A stretch of 63,989 nt of DNA, filler included, from Basidiobolus ranarum (lineage: Eukaryota): NCBI GenBank assembly GCA_040143965.1. It is 3 parts of 3 records of this genome, joined end to end, with 100 filler letters (N's around TTAATTAATTAA, not from the genome) between each part and the next. Parts side by side here need not be neighbours in the genome. Positions count along the whole stretch, not along the records: positions 1 to 22,055 come from JASJQH010007069.1; positions 22,156 to 44,008 come from JASJQH010007070.1; 1 more part is not named here. The stretch is one strand, 5' to 3'. A program made the translations under genes and the position numbers. The notes beneath the pieces are model-generated. The model was not told the origin of the DNA. It searched no databases and saw nothing but the letters and a program-made list of their open reading frames with translations. Positions 14,001-27,747 of this stretch are shown piece by piece (position 1 is the stretch's first letter; every line of letters starts with the position of its first letter).

Positions 14001-14799
14001 CGGTCCGTAGCTCCTTGGTAAACAGTATTTTTTGAGTTTATATAGTAACAATAGTAACATTTTTAACTCATTTAAAGTATTAACGCATTCAACACTTAAA
14101 TCCAACTATAAGAGAATATAAAGTTCATCACGAATAAGACCAAATCAAGCACATGGAATCTTGTCTTCTAATTACCAGTACTGAATATGCAAGTCATTGC
14201 CACTCTAGGTCGTGTTGATGGGAATACCGTAATCTACTCGCTTTTATTTATACAATTACAATTAGGCGTTAAACATAGTAAGTACACCACATCTTGAAGA
14301 TATTGTAAAACAATCTGGACAGCTAAGGGCTTGAGAATAGGGAAACTTTCGTTCAATCCACCTAGGATATAAAGAACAAACTTTGTACTTATAATGGCCA
14401 AGCAATAGGCAATACCATGGATATATACCCTATATTGTTTGCGTAAGATGCATGGAATAACGTGAAACGTGCTTAGATGTCGCGGATTGGCTCCATATAT
14501 AGCATAGGAGTTGGCATTTCTTGACCGAACTGAAACCAGCTTCTTCAGAGGAGGTATTTGCATTAAATCAAGACTGTTATATCACAAGATAGTCCAATAT
14601 GAGAGAGCTAACATGAAGATGAAAATCGAAAATACTTAACAATGAGTAAGAATGAGAATGACAAGTAAAAAGAATTACATGGGGAAAGCAATATCTAAAG
14701 GTTGAAAATCACTTGAATTCGAGTTGTTCTCATTTCAAAAAGAAAAAAAGGGTTTTCGAGAGTCATATGTAGATATGTCACTTTTCATATCACTTCCTT

Positions 14800-15584
14800 T
14801 TAAAGCCTACGGGAATATTGTTCAATGAGAATCGAAAGTGTCTCAAGATCTGCTCTGCAATGTACCCGAGTGGAATTGTAGGTTGGAAGCTCTCGGGAAT
14901 CAGAAAACGATTGCCGTGAGTTTGAGTATGTCGCATAAGGTGGTGGTGCAAAAACATTGTCAGATGAACAATTGACTGGATGGCTTTGTAGTGAGTATCG
15001 ATTCAAATGCCTAGCTGATATTGTAAGTGATGCGGTATCATCAGTCAAGTTTGAAGTCTTAGGCATCATATAAGAGGTAATTAGAGATGAACTATAGTAA
15101 CTATTCTTGAGAAGATTCCATTGGTTTTCTATGGAATCAGCTGCTTCACCAAAAGAAATACCAGTCTTTAGTATAACGGGTAAATCTCGCTTTGGAAGAT
15201 TGGACTTATCATCGAAACGGTCGTAGTCTTGGTCTACCGTACCACGTATAATACAACGCCACGGCGTTAAAGTGAACTTTCCAACACGTTGGAAGTCGAA
15301 AGTCAACTTATCTGGAGCAATCATATTCGAACCTCCAGACATAAGTTCAATGTAAACATGACCATGCTTCCGAAACCATTTGAGAATGCTTTCACGAAAC
15401 CCATAAAATACAAAAATTGGTCGAAAACCAAGTGAAAGTGTCAACTTCTGACCTATTTTTGGTCGTAGAATCATGGTGTTACCAGCGTTGTCTGTATCGA
15501 TTGAAAAGTTCGATTAGTACCGATTTCAAAAACTCTACATCTATGTAAAGTATCTTCACCTTTCTCTAAGAATCCGTAACGCAT
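14800..15584 (-). CDS. Hypothetical protein with C-terminal PPPY/LPTY motifs, 2 exons (15584-15560, 15491-14800)
   Basis: Short first exon MRYGFLEK, intron GTGAAG...CTAAT...CAG, then spliced in frame into the 224-aa ORF. Confidence 0.6.
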
Positions 15585-16735
15585 GATATTTCAGAACAGG
15601 TGAGAAAAATAGTCAAACAAAAATGGCTCACAACTATTGTAGAGTTGAATGAATGAAGTGAAAAAATGGAATGCAAAGTGAGTGGAAATGGATGCTCAAC
15701 TATAAAGATGGTGAGTAGTAGTAGACAAGAGTGATCAAGAAAGATGGCACAATTGTAGGATGTTGGTATTGTAGGAATCCAAACGAAGGAAAAAGCAATT
15801 AGCACGACAATAAGAGCTGTACAAGGAGCCAGAGGTATGAGATTTATAAGGGGGAGTATTCGTAGTATTTCCCAAATATGGAGAAATCCATTTAAGTCAG
15901 CGTCGATTATACCCAACAATGGCAAAAAGCATACTATATAATATATATATCCTATGAGTAATATGAATGGACGTAACATAATAAATTATCAATTTTTGTT
16001 TGCCGTTAACATTGGCACCAATAGAGGACAAGGAGAAGCACAGTTTACTCGAAATTGACACGTTGCTCTTCAGGAAATTTCCGAATTTAATAATAGCAAG
16101 TAATTCAGCAACCAGAAATATCGCTCACATTACTTCATCGTTGGGCAAAAAAACTGGATGAGATCACATGGGAGGACAAAATAAACACCATGATACGGAG
16201 TGCTCAGCGCGAGCAATCACATTGCTGAAAATCAAAGAAGAATCACCATCATCGGAATCTAATAAATGTTTCGAGTGCTCATTGGATCATGACTAATTGC
16301 AAGCAACATTTTTGGACATTAGCCAGTCTGCTTGACTTCACTATTACGGATTTAACAAGCGGAGCAAATTACGCCTGAGAGCAATATCGATTTATGAAAA
16401 ACCAAAAGGTATCAAATGGAGGCACGAGACTGTTCTGTTCGATTCGGAATGTCAGATAATCCTTCGTATAGTGTCGCTATATATATATTTACAAAGGCTA
16501 TCCTCAATAGAGGAGGATTGCTTTGATTTTGCTACAGACTGGACTTCCATTTTGGGCCCTTCTATTTTCGTGGTTCAGCAAAGCTTCTTATAGATTTTAT
16601 TCGTGTCATTATTTAACAACAATTGATTATCGTACATAATGATTTGGAGTACTGTCTGGTTAATCAATGCAAGGCAATTACATATTTACAAGTTATTAGA
16701 CACAGGTGATGGCAAGCACGTGGTGGATGATGATA

Positions 16736-17335
16736 TCACAAGTTTTCATAAAATTGGGCTAACACGTAATAGGCTTCATGGCTGAGCCTTAGAAAAGCCA
16801 CGTTTTGCATAACAATATCGAAGTTTTCTTCATCAATGCATTGCAACCATTTCTCATCGTCTCGGGAATAAAGCCACTTGAGTATATCTGAAAATCCGAT
16901 GATGGAGGGTACTTTGATATATATATGTCTTTTCTCCTGGTCATTCTTCTGCTCAATCGTCTCTTTCTTTTCAATGATCATCTCGGGCTCGTTCGATAGA
17001 GAGGAACGACGGGGTGCACGGCACATGAGGCGATAAAGTAACTGACAGTCTTGAGCAAAGTAGAAGTCATGAAGCCAGAAATGTGCTTCATTGTCAAGTG
17101 AATCTCGGATATATAGACAAGTGTTGCTAGAGTAGGGGTTGTTAAAAAGATAGGAACCTACTTTCCGCAAGTTGCTTAATACGAAGCTAGTAGGAAGATA
17201 CTGATTCTCAGATATACGAATGCAATCTCGGCAGAGACTAGGGTCGGTGGAAGTGTTGTTGCGATCTATGCAAGCACCATCCAGTGCACACGTCTCCTGG
17301 AACGAGTTTGGGTTACAAGTAGTGGAAACGATCAT
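16736..17335 (-). CDS. Stand-alone BTB/POZ-like protein, paralog 3 (intronless)
   Basis: YLFNNPYSSNTCLYI..FWLHDFYF..DILKWLYSRDDEKWL..MQNVAFLRL..AYYVLAQFYENL; paralogous to 9159-9758. Confidence 0.7.
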   Translation of the reverse strand: MIVSTTCNPNSFQETCALDGACIDRNNTSTDPSLCRDCIRISENQYLPTSFVLSNLRKVGSYLFNNPYSSNTCLYIRDSLDNEAHFWLHDFYFAQDCQLLYRLMCRAPRRSSLSNEPEMIIEKKETIEQKNDQEKRHIYIKVPSIIGFSDILKWLYSRDDEKWLQCIDEENFDIVMQNVAFLRLSHEAYYVLAQFYENL

Positions 17336-18586
17336 TCAGTATTATAACTGCTTAGTAAGTGGTCTCTGGGAGGATTTATATTCGAGAGAGCTAGTGATTT
17401 GATTTGTTGGCTACATTTGGTTTAATTTGGGTGTTTTCTTATTAGGATATACTCACAAATTTGTAAGCGCAGATCTGCCACATTACTAACCATATATCAT
17501 TACTCAAAGATGTGCCACCCTTCCAAAGCTTGGTTTCGCTTTAATGTTCAACTAAAACAATGCAAATCAATTTGATAAATTAGGCCGCCAGTGACTACTT
17601 TTGGATTGTATTTGAGTGCTAATGTCCGTTGGTTGTTTTCGTTACCATATCAGTCATCGACCATCTCAAAGCCTCAGTTCTTTCGATCCATCGGTCTGAT
17701 CAGATCGAGTCAAGGTTAACTCATTTTGGTGATGCAGTACGGTATCGCTGGGGTTCAAGTAAGTAGTGCCTCTAGTTAAGGGTAAATGAGGTGCACATTG
17801 TTTATGGGCTAGCAAAACATGGTTAGTAACAGCCTATTCTCATATGAAAGAAGGAAGGTTAGTGTAACTTTCATCCTATTTACAGCACTGAACAGTTGGC
17901 CGTGACAATCGTAACGCCACAACACTCGTCAATGGCTATTGGCTCAGATGACAGTGCCAATGGTCTCTACACACAGCTGTATTCTATCAGAATATTGCTT
18001 AGTCTCATCTATCCAATGATTTTCACAAGAATCATCATGGCCCTTACAGCCTCTTGCTCTTCGATTACCAATCTTAATCAAATTAATTAATACAAAATCA
18101 GCGAGGATTCAATGTTTCAAAAAGGCAGCAGGCTTGAAAGAACCTTTGGTTTCCAACTGCAGCTATATAACATTGCACCATTGCGGACGTTGCTCGTTCT
18201 AAGCTCGTAAAGAATCTAAAACAAAAACAAAGTGCCGTTCTAGGTCTTCGATATTCTGTTGGTAAGATATATTTAGAACGGGGGTTCAAGAAAGAATCCG
18301 TGAATTCTTTTATTTGTGAACTAAGGTTGTCTAGGGTGATTTGAATTTTCAAACCTTATCACTCTCTAAGAACAAGAAATCTGTGGTCATGAGGGAATTT
18401 AAATAAAGTACATAATTTTAAAGAAGCAATATGTAGCAGTCAAATATTCGAATAAAACTTAAGGTGGGAAACAGAGATTCGAGTGGTATTAGGTATCCCC
18501 AAGTCGAATGTTGATGATGGCTAAATAGGTTATATGTTAAAATCGACGGTGTTACAAAAGGAGGAGGTTGGTTTCTAAAAGGAGAT

Positions 18587-19458
18587 TTAAAATTTTTTCT
18601 TCTTTTCGTCGACAGAAAACCCTCCAGGTCCGGTGCTGAGTAAAAGGATGAATCCACCCACAATACTCATGATTTGGAAAAAATTATACTTGACAAAATT
18701 ACGTGCATCAGGGTCCATATTGATTGACCACCAGTTGTTCATAACTACATTGAACAACATCAGAAAGATTATCATCATGAGCGCTGAGCATTTGGCCTTG
18801 AACCCGATGACAACCATCAAGGACATGATTAATCCAACTCCAGAACCGACTAGTTTTAAAGCAGTCAATTCTCCAGTTAAAAAGAAGGAGCCAAAGAGGA
18901 GAACCAGAAGAATGCGACCAAATAACGCAAAGTATGGACTACGATCTAACTCTTGAACTGACGGTAGACCTCCAAAAATTGCTTTGGGTTTGCTAGGACC
19001 TTCAGATAGAAGCATAAGAATCCCACCTAGCATGCTGATGTTGCGTAAAAAGAAGCTCCACTCCATAAACAACCCATATCCGAATATCTGAGAAACAACT
19101 GCCGTAAATAATCCAATTACCGCAAGGTGAGTTCGAGTCTTGGCTATGGCACAGAACGATCCTATCAACATGAGCTATTAGAAGGTTAGCTACGCTCTTG
19201 GAAAATCTGAATATCAAATAAGCCACTTACTCCGAGATTCAATGATAAGAATATATGATTAGACCCGTAGTGAAAACCACGATACTTCTCCAAATAGCGT
19301 AGTTGCTGGTCCCACTGGGTGTATATACGCAACGAGTCCTCCAAAAAAGCCGACACTAAAAGGAATCTTCCCACAATCGGAGTGAAATTTTGGAATCGAT
19401 TCATTGAGTGAATAATACGACGTTCACATTTGTACATCATTCTTTGAACTGTCTCCAT
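18587..19458 (-). CDS. ERV29: Erv29/SURF4 ER cargo receptor, paralog 1 (exons 19458-19231, 19174-18587)
   Basis: GRFLLVSAFLEDSLRIYTQW, FFLRNISMLGGILMLL, KYNFFQIMSIVGGFILLLSTGPGGFSVDEKKKKF with C-terminal di-lysine retrieval motif. Confidence 0.9.
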
Positions 19459-20845
19459 TTTTGGTTCGCTTAATATTCGGATGAGTGTTCTTTTAATAGT
19501 TGAGTTTGAAATATTATCAGAGCAAAAACTGATGGGAGTGGAAAGAGATGTGTATAGGAAGCTGATAGTACTAGTAGATATGATAGTAGTTGAGAGAAGT
19601 TGATGCGACGGTAAATTGATTGAGATTCATTGGTCTTAAATATTATGAGCTCAAGCTACCATTACCAATACCACATGCTAAAGTAACACAGGACTGAGAC
19701 TAACAACCCCATACAAAACTAACAATCGTAAGCATAGTAACCAAATGTCCGGGCGGTGATGAGGTGAGCAGACTGCAACACCCTAATGCCTCCATTGTTA
19801 GAGCGTCCTCTGGTTGCATTCAATATTGCCATTTAGGGTAAATGGCATGAAATTTGAGCATTTCATACAACTATAGTTAAAGATATTCTAAGTTCACATA
19901 GCCTGATCGATTTAATACGTATACACAGGTAAACTCGTCATGTCGATTTAATCTAGCCAGGGAATGTTCGTGAATCTCACATTTGATACATGGCAAACCT
20001 TTCTCCACACCTTCGCTCATGCGGAGGGCGATATCAAAAGACGGTATGATTTGATATAGAATTCCATAAGTAGGAGTCAGGGTAGGTGCATGGGAGCTGC
20101 ATCTGAGGTGTTTCGAATTTGATTAAACCACGTTATGCTAAATCTACAGACCTCCTATCTAAAGCGAATTTAGTTGTGGTCATGAGTGATATCTTCGAGC
20201 TATGTAGATGTAATAACTATTAAGATGTCTAATAATGCTAAAAAAAGTATATTTTGCGCCACATCGGTTCAAGGAGTATTCAACACAGTCGTCTGTCTAG
20301 AAAAGATGTTCCCAATACTCAACTTACTTGATAGGAGAGTGAAGCTCTGGCGGTATGGAATCATGAGGTTGAAGTAACAAGGTCATGAGACTGACTCCTT
20401 GCATTGTCTAAAGATTACGATGATAAAACTCAGTGATACAATCATACAGATAGTAATCCGTTCATCACGCTTAAATGATATGCAGCTGTACATGCATGCA
20501 GTGAAGGACTATTTCGCACTCAGGTACTTGTTTTTTTAACGCTGAAGGATAGCACAGTTGGTCTATAACATAGACTGTCAAATTCTATAGAATAGTGATG
20601 AAATAAGTTTAGGTAAGCACTTTTATCAATCGCTCTTTATAGAGATCGCTAACAGTTTGCATTGAAATGACAAAAAGTGATGACTGAATACCAATCTAGA
20701 CTGTAAACTACGATTCCCTCACACATTATGTAATCAAACTCTATTTTATTTTGAATTTCTATGCCGTGTAAATGTAGAAGTGGTATAAAATTTGGTATTA
20801 ATCCTATGGTATATGAGCGACAGGTGAAGGTCATGCCATCAAGTC

Positions 20846-21740
20846 TTAAAATTGCTTTTCCTTTCCATCCATCGACAATGACCCAGGTCCCAGGTTAACT
20901 AGCAGTAACAAACCGCCTACAATACTTAAAACTTGGAAGAAATCGTATCTCAAGTAATCTCTAGCCGGATGGTTATGATTTACTGACCACCAGTTATTCA
21001 TGAGAAAATTAAAAGCCGTCAAAAATAGAGCCAGCAAAACAGCTGAGAACTTCACTTTGAATCCGACCACAATCATGAAAGAAGAGATTACTCCCATGGC
21101 TGACAAAGTCAAGCTCATAGGGGTTACTTGTTGCGGAAACACCAAATAGAGAGACAGCATAATCAACAGGATTCTTCCAGCAAGCTGAAAGTATCTGCTA
21201 GGATCAAAGTGATATGGTGCGAGCAGTCCCGGAAAGTTGGATTTAGGTTTGGTTAAGCCTTCAGCTAGAAGCATCAGTAATCCACCAAGAATACTAATGT
21301 TTCGAAGAAAGAATTGGAATTCGAGAAACAATCCATACCCTACGATTTGAGATATTACTGCAGTAAACAGTCCACCCACTGCGATCTTAGTGTGCTTTTT
21401 AGTTATTGCCAAAAATGAGCCGGCTAGCATTATCTAAATATTGTGAATGCATAGATGAAAGTAGATACATTAAAAACAATCTAGGGTCAATTTTGTCAAG
21501 CACACATGTAAATACCGAAACATTCAAGCCGAGAAAGATCTGGCTGACAGTAGAACTAAGACCACGTTGGTTTCGAAGATAATTGAGTTGTTCAGACCAT
21601 TGAAATATAATCCTGGAGGAGTCTTCAATAAAACTAATCACTACAAGGAGTCTTGCCACGCCCGTGGTATACGATTTGGATGGAAAGAGGTAGTTATATT
21701 GGTAGTTGATTTGCTCTGAGATATGTCGAAGAAGTTCCAT
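20846..21740 (-). CDS. ERV29: Erv29/SURF4 ER cargo receptor, paralog 2 (exons 21740-21516, 21433-20846)
   Basis: ARLLVVISFIEDSSRIIFQW, FFLRNISILGGLLMLLAE, RDYLRYDFFQVLSIVGGLLLLVNLGPGSLSMDGKEKQF; same intron position as paralog 1. Confidence 0.88.
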
Positions 21741-22055
21741 GATGAGTGTATTAGAGGCAAGTTAGTAAGATATACTTCAGAGGATCTTGAATCAAGAAAA
21801 ATAAGAATTCGAAGTTGCCTATTCTAGTCTATATTTTTCATGAATTATTTATAGTTGCGTTTCGGAAGTTTTCAAGGAAAATCCCCCGAATACACCAACT
21901 TGAACAATACGACCAGGTCTCATTGAATAGACCATATGCCGGAGATTTGCACCTATCTATAGGTCCTTAAATGTATGTTTGTATGCAGAGGATATAAAAA
22001 AGATCCGTCTACATTAATGTACGTTAAGGATAACAAGTCTTTACCAATTTATCAT

Positions 22056-22155
22056 NNNNNNNNNNNNNNNNNNNNNNNNNNNNNNNNNNNNNNNNNNNNT
22101 TAATTAATTAANNNNNNNNNNNNNNNNNNNNNNNNNNNNNNNNNNNNNNNNNNNN
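22056..22155. other. Scaffold gap (N run with TTAATTAATTAA all-frame-stop spacer)
   Basis: N runs flanking TTAATTAATTAA at 22100-22111. Confidence 0.98.
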
Positions 22156-22401
22156 GCGTTCAGCCCCACCTTCAGCAGCTAAGTGGGGGTTGCGGGTAGC
22201 CTCACCAATGTTTTGTTTGGCTGTACCCTTGGCTGAGTGAGCATTACCTGAACTCTTCTGTTCAGCAGCTAGCTTTTGTTGTTCAGCTTCTACTTGCTTT
22301 TGTTCGCCCTTGGCGACCATACTTTCACTGTTGAACATCTTTCCGACTCCTTCCTGGATATTACCAGCGGCGTTTTTAGCGGCAGCAGAGATTTTAGACA
22401 T
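22156..22401 (-). CDS. CsbD/LEA-like small hydrophilic stress protein, 3' end truncated by the gap
   Basis: MSKISAAAKNAAGNIQEGVGKMFNSESMVAKGEQKQVE..AHSAKGTAKQNIGEATRNPHLAAEGGAER contains two CsbD-like repeats; TATA-like tract upstream. Confidence 0.7.
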
Positions 22402-23244
22402 GATATATTTAGTATTGAAGATGATATTATGAGTTGGTTTTCTGGTTTTATGTGATTGAAGTTGTCTATATATATATTTTTTATCATCAAGATTTCTGAA
22501 TGCGGCTGAGAATCTGGTGACGTCTCGATTTTGCAAGACGTCAGATTTGTCCCATTTCGTTAGTACCACATGCCCAGTATTTTGGTACACTACATCACCA
22601 TATGGAGCAAATTCGGACATTCCATTTTATGTTAGGTAATTACGTATTTCGCTTATTGATTGAAATTATTAAAATTTGGCTTTAAAGTACTGTTACCATC
22701 TATAGATTAACTCAGAGAACTGGAAAGAACAGTTGATACTCGAAATATAGTAGTATATCGTTCTCAATGAAATAAAATACACTAGGAGCCCTACTTCTAA
22801 TATTAGATTGGGATTGTTGAGAAGTACATTTATTGTTCTACTATTCTAGCCAGAACCCTGAACCTGAAGAGATAGTCCGTTGAGAACGCGTACTACATTC
22901 TGCCTCATATATCCGGCAGCTTGAACCTTCTTGGTTCTACATAGTGGAGGGTCCTTCACCAGCAATATTCTCGTAAGAATTATGAACGAGAGCAATACCA
23001 GCGAACCTAGTGCCGGATGAGAAAATTTAGCAGAAATTGGATTAATAGTGGAATGAGTGATATGATGGCTAGTCCCGGCTGTGTGACTATGAAGGGAGAT
23101 ATTAGTACCAACAACATGACTATATGTCACTGGTGTCAATGTGATGGTTACTAAAAAAATGTCAGCAACTCTAACACCTACTCTTTTAGTTGAATCATTC
23201 AACTTCCTAACGTGAGCCAAAAATTTCTGCGATAGAGCCCAGCT

Positions 23245-23446
23245 TCATGTATGGGATGTTGGCCAGCTCAGTAATATTTTGTTTGACTGAGCGTACGTTA
23301 CTCGAACTCTTTAATATCTCTGTCGTCTTTTATTACTACGTTTCTACTTATTCTTGCTCACTCTTGGAGACCATACTTTCACTGTTGAACATCTTTACGA
23401 TTCCTTCCTGGATGTTACCAGCAGCGTTCTAAGCAGCACAAGTGAT
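23245..23446 (-). pseudogene. Decayed copy of the CsbD-like gene
   Basis: Near-identical DNA to 22290-22395 (gaccatactttcactgttgaacatcttt...ttcctggat). Translates AA*NAAGNIQEGIVKMFNSESMVSKSEQE*VET***K...KQNITE with multiple stops. Confidence 0.8.
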
Positions 23447-24122
23447 CTAGGGAAATTTTTGAATCATTTTGGATATGTTTTGTAATTGGTTTTGGATTAA
23501 TTTAATGATGATTCTTTTTTACTTAAACTATTTGGCTATTTACTATTTTGGTTTACTTTTATTAGCTAATTTTGGTTATAGTTTGTTTATTTCTTTTTGA
23601 TTGCATTAGATCACTATATACCCGTCTCTGTGTATCCTGTTATTTGTGACGTTTCTTTTCCTCATTACATCAAAACAGTACTAATGACGTTGTTTCTCTT
23701 TGTTTATTAAAAAGGAAATATGCTCATATACAAACATCTCTGTCTACAGCTTTGTTCGTAATAGACAAGTCTTTTTGTAGTTATAAAGTCAAGTTACTCC
23801 TTCCTCAGTTACCAATTAAATCCATCCATTCAGTATCTATCAATATAACCACCAAGTGACGTTTTGGTTATTTACATATTATCCATAAAATGCATACAGT
23901 CATTGATAAAATTACTTCAATACTGCGGAGAAATTCCATTTGCACGTGTTTGGTCGTATATGCTTTATAATTTATGAGATGTCTCCTGTTCTTGTTCATT
24001 TTCATACACCTATATTAACCAAATATACTGACTTTAAATTAATAATTGGAGAACACTTCCGTAATTACAGTTTAGTTTACTTTGGTCAAAAGTATAGATT
24101 AACTAACTTACTTTAGATACCA

Positions 24123-25187
<1,065 letters not shown>

Positions 25188-25740
25188 ACAAAACCTACTT
25201 TGTCTAGCTTTCAGTAGATGTATTTATGAATATTGATTCGATCTCGATCCCCTTGATTAGGTGATTATCTTTAATTTCTGACAGAATAAACATTTACTGT
25301 CAGTTACAAGATCATCGGTATCAAGTTTGCTACAGAATCACTAGAAGAGAAGGCAGAGTGGCTTGCATGAGTGGATACTTGTGTAAATTAAACAATGCTA
25401 GGTTGCGAAAATGACATAGAATACGAAACAAAATGGTCGTGTTATGTGAAGTAGATTAATCGGACAGGCGTGTGGCTAATGAATACCACCTTTTCATGAT
25501 TCGTTAGATCAATCAAGTGAGCCCAATTAGTTCAGGCAAGGCTCAAATTATCAAATGTAAAAAATGAAGATCAATTCGGAGTTGACGGTTATTACTTATA
25601 TACTGTCACATTCTAAGCAAATGCACAGTGGAAATAATCGGTTCTTGTACTTCCAGTTACCTCATGGCGAACAGTTACAAAACGTATCTGATGCATCGTA
25701 TTCAATCTTTCTAACCATTCCCAATGACCCACCTTCCTAA

Positions 25741-25756
25741 CCGAAACATGTTTCGG
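25741..25756. promoter_or_regulatory. Perfect 16-bp palindrome CCGAAACATGTTTCGG just upstream of a TATA-like element of the tyrosinase-like gene
   Basis: Self-reverse-complementary; followed by TTTATATA and then the ATG about 50 bp downstream. Confidence 0.35.
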
Positions 25757-25806
25757 GTTGGGTTTATATACGAATCTAACTACTGTTTCCCAGGGAAGTG
25801 GCGACT

Positions 25807-27150
25807 ATGTTTAGCTCCAAAGTATCTACTAGCCTCTATGTGCTGGTTTCTTTATTGCTCTCGACTATTGTCGTAGAGGCTGGGTACTCCGGTTGTGAGA
25901 CAGTGGGCACTCGTAAAGAGATTAGACAGATGAGAGCTGAGGAAAGGGACGCCTTCGTGGATGCAGTGAACAAATTCAAATCGACCCGGTTGTATGATAA
26001 CCTAGTGGTGACCCATTCAGGCTATTATCAGTTTGGCCACAACAGTTCTGCTTTCCTGCCCTGGAATCGATACTATCTGCGCCAATTTGAACAAAACCTT
26101 CAACTAATTAATCCCTTAGTCACTCTGCCATATTGGGTAAATGAAATTCTTTAGACCATCTAGGAAAGTTCGATGTTAACCAAATATTCTTTGTAAGGAT
26201 TGGTCACTGGATTCTCAAGCACCAGAAAGAAGCACCATTTTCAAATGGTTCGGTAGCAATGGAGGTTCTTACAAGAATTATTGCCTTAGAAATGGTGCTT
26301 TTTCGGGTTGGAAAGTGCAAAATCCAAAGCCTACTTGCTTAAGACGTGCATTCGATGGAGGAGACAAACTTTCAGCATTCCCACCACCTGAAGTTATCAG
26401 CTATATTCTGAAGGCATCGAATGACTTCAAAGAGTTCACCCGATTCATTGAACAAGGAATTCATGGACAGGTGCTACAAACAATCAACGGAGATTTGGGA
26501 ACGATTTTTGGACCAAATGAGTAAGTAACAATTCGGACTGAGTAAGAATCATTATACGACTAATATTGTGAATTTATAGCCCGCTCTACTGGCTGATACA
26601 TAGTTTTATTGACAAAATATGGGCAGACTGGCAATCGGGAAGTGTTCATCGTTTACTGAACTACAATGGTATCAACAACCAAGGAGGTAACGTAGCCCAT
26701 TGTGATTTAATCGTACCTTGGGCCGTCCCAGTATCAGCAGTACTTGATACACTCTCGCCAGGCCTCTGCTACTCCTATTCTCCCAGCGTTAGCTCCAAGC
26801 TTATGCTGCCTGATCAACAAGTTTGGAGAAATGATCATTTCTACCAATCACCTAATCCGTTGGATCGTCAAGATGGTTACCACCTTCGTAAGCCAAGAAA
26901 TTTATCCAAGCAGTGGATCGACCAGTATGCACTGAACAACGGTCAAGTACAAAAAACCGAGAATATTTTGCATTCGGTGATAGATAACTTGAATTCTATG
27001 GATTACCAATCTCTAGTGGCGTTAGATAAGAGGGCATTACTAGAGGACTCTTTGGATACAGAGTATCCCAGTGAAGTTGGATATGCTGACTTGAGACTTC
27101 CCGACTCTAGTTCATTAAACAACTTTTGCCCTGTAATAGCGCGATCATGA
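25807..27150 (+). CDS. Secreted tyrosinase-like (type-3 copper fold) protein, 3 exons, with degenerate copper sites
   Basis: Signal peptide; RKEIRQM..ERDAFVDAV, YDNLVVTH..GHNSSAFLPWNRYYL, VTLPYW|DWSLDSQAP, CLRR, IHGQVL..GD, PNDPLYWLIHSFIDKIWADWQ. Confidence 0.85.
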
Positions 27151-27747
27151 TTACTCGAATAAAGCATTATTTGAAATTCGCAGAGTTTGTTAATCGTGTA
27201 TTTCTAGGAACGTGCGTCTTTACTACACTATATAGAATAAATGGCCAAGAACTTCATCAATAAAAGTGCACAGTAAGTCGATTTATGAGGATATTTGAGC
27301 TAGTGCCATACTTAAAGAATCATCTAAATTATCTTTAAGCGCTCTGCATGCATTTCATTAATTAGCCCCTGATAAGTGGATGGTAGGGTGAATCTTCTAC
27401 CGCTCTTCCCAGTTACATAAACGAGATACATACTGATGATGTAGATTAAAAGAGACAATATTACTACAGGAAATCAATCATCATAAAGCTTGCAGAAATC
27501 ATGTAGCTTACATACTCCTACATCAAAACCTCCTAAAGATCCATGAAATGGAATATAAATACCCACCAACCTCATGTTTACCGAATCATATCAATCATTT
27601 AAGATTTTCATAAAATCTAAAGCTTCTACCTGGCTTTACATTCCATTCTCATAACCATTTGGCATTTTATAACAAACATATATTCTTACATCTAATTCCA
27701 ATTTCTCTTTGGATCTCTTATTAACTTCTTCATTTAATTCGTACACT

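Noticed and set aside
15566-15979. 137-aa hydrophobic ORF
   Set aside because: Looks like the pyrimidine-rich promoter/5' UTR of the 14800-15584 gene and spans a TATA-like tract.
22100-22111. TTAATTAATTAA motif, also at 44053-44064
   Set aside because: Artificial stop-codon spacer inside assembly gaps.
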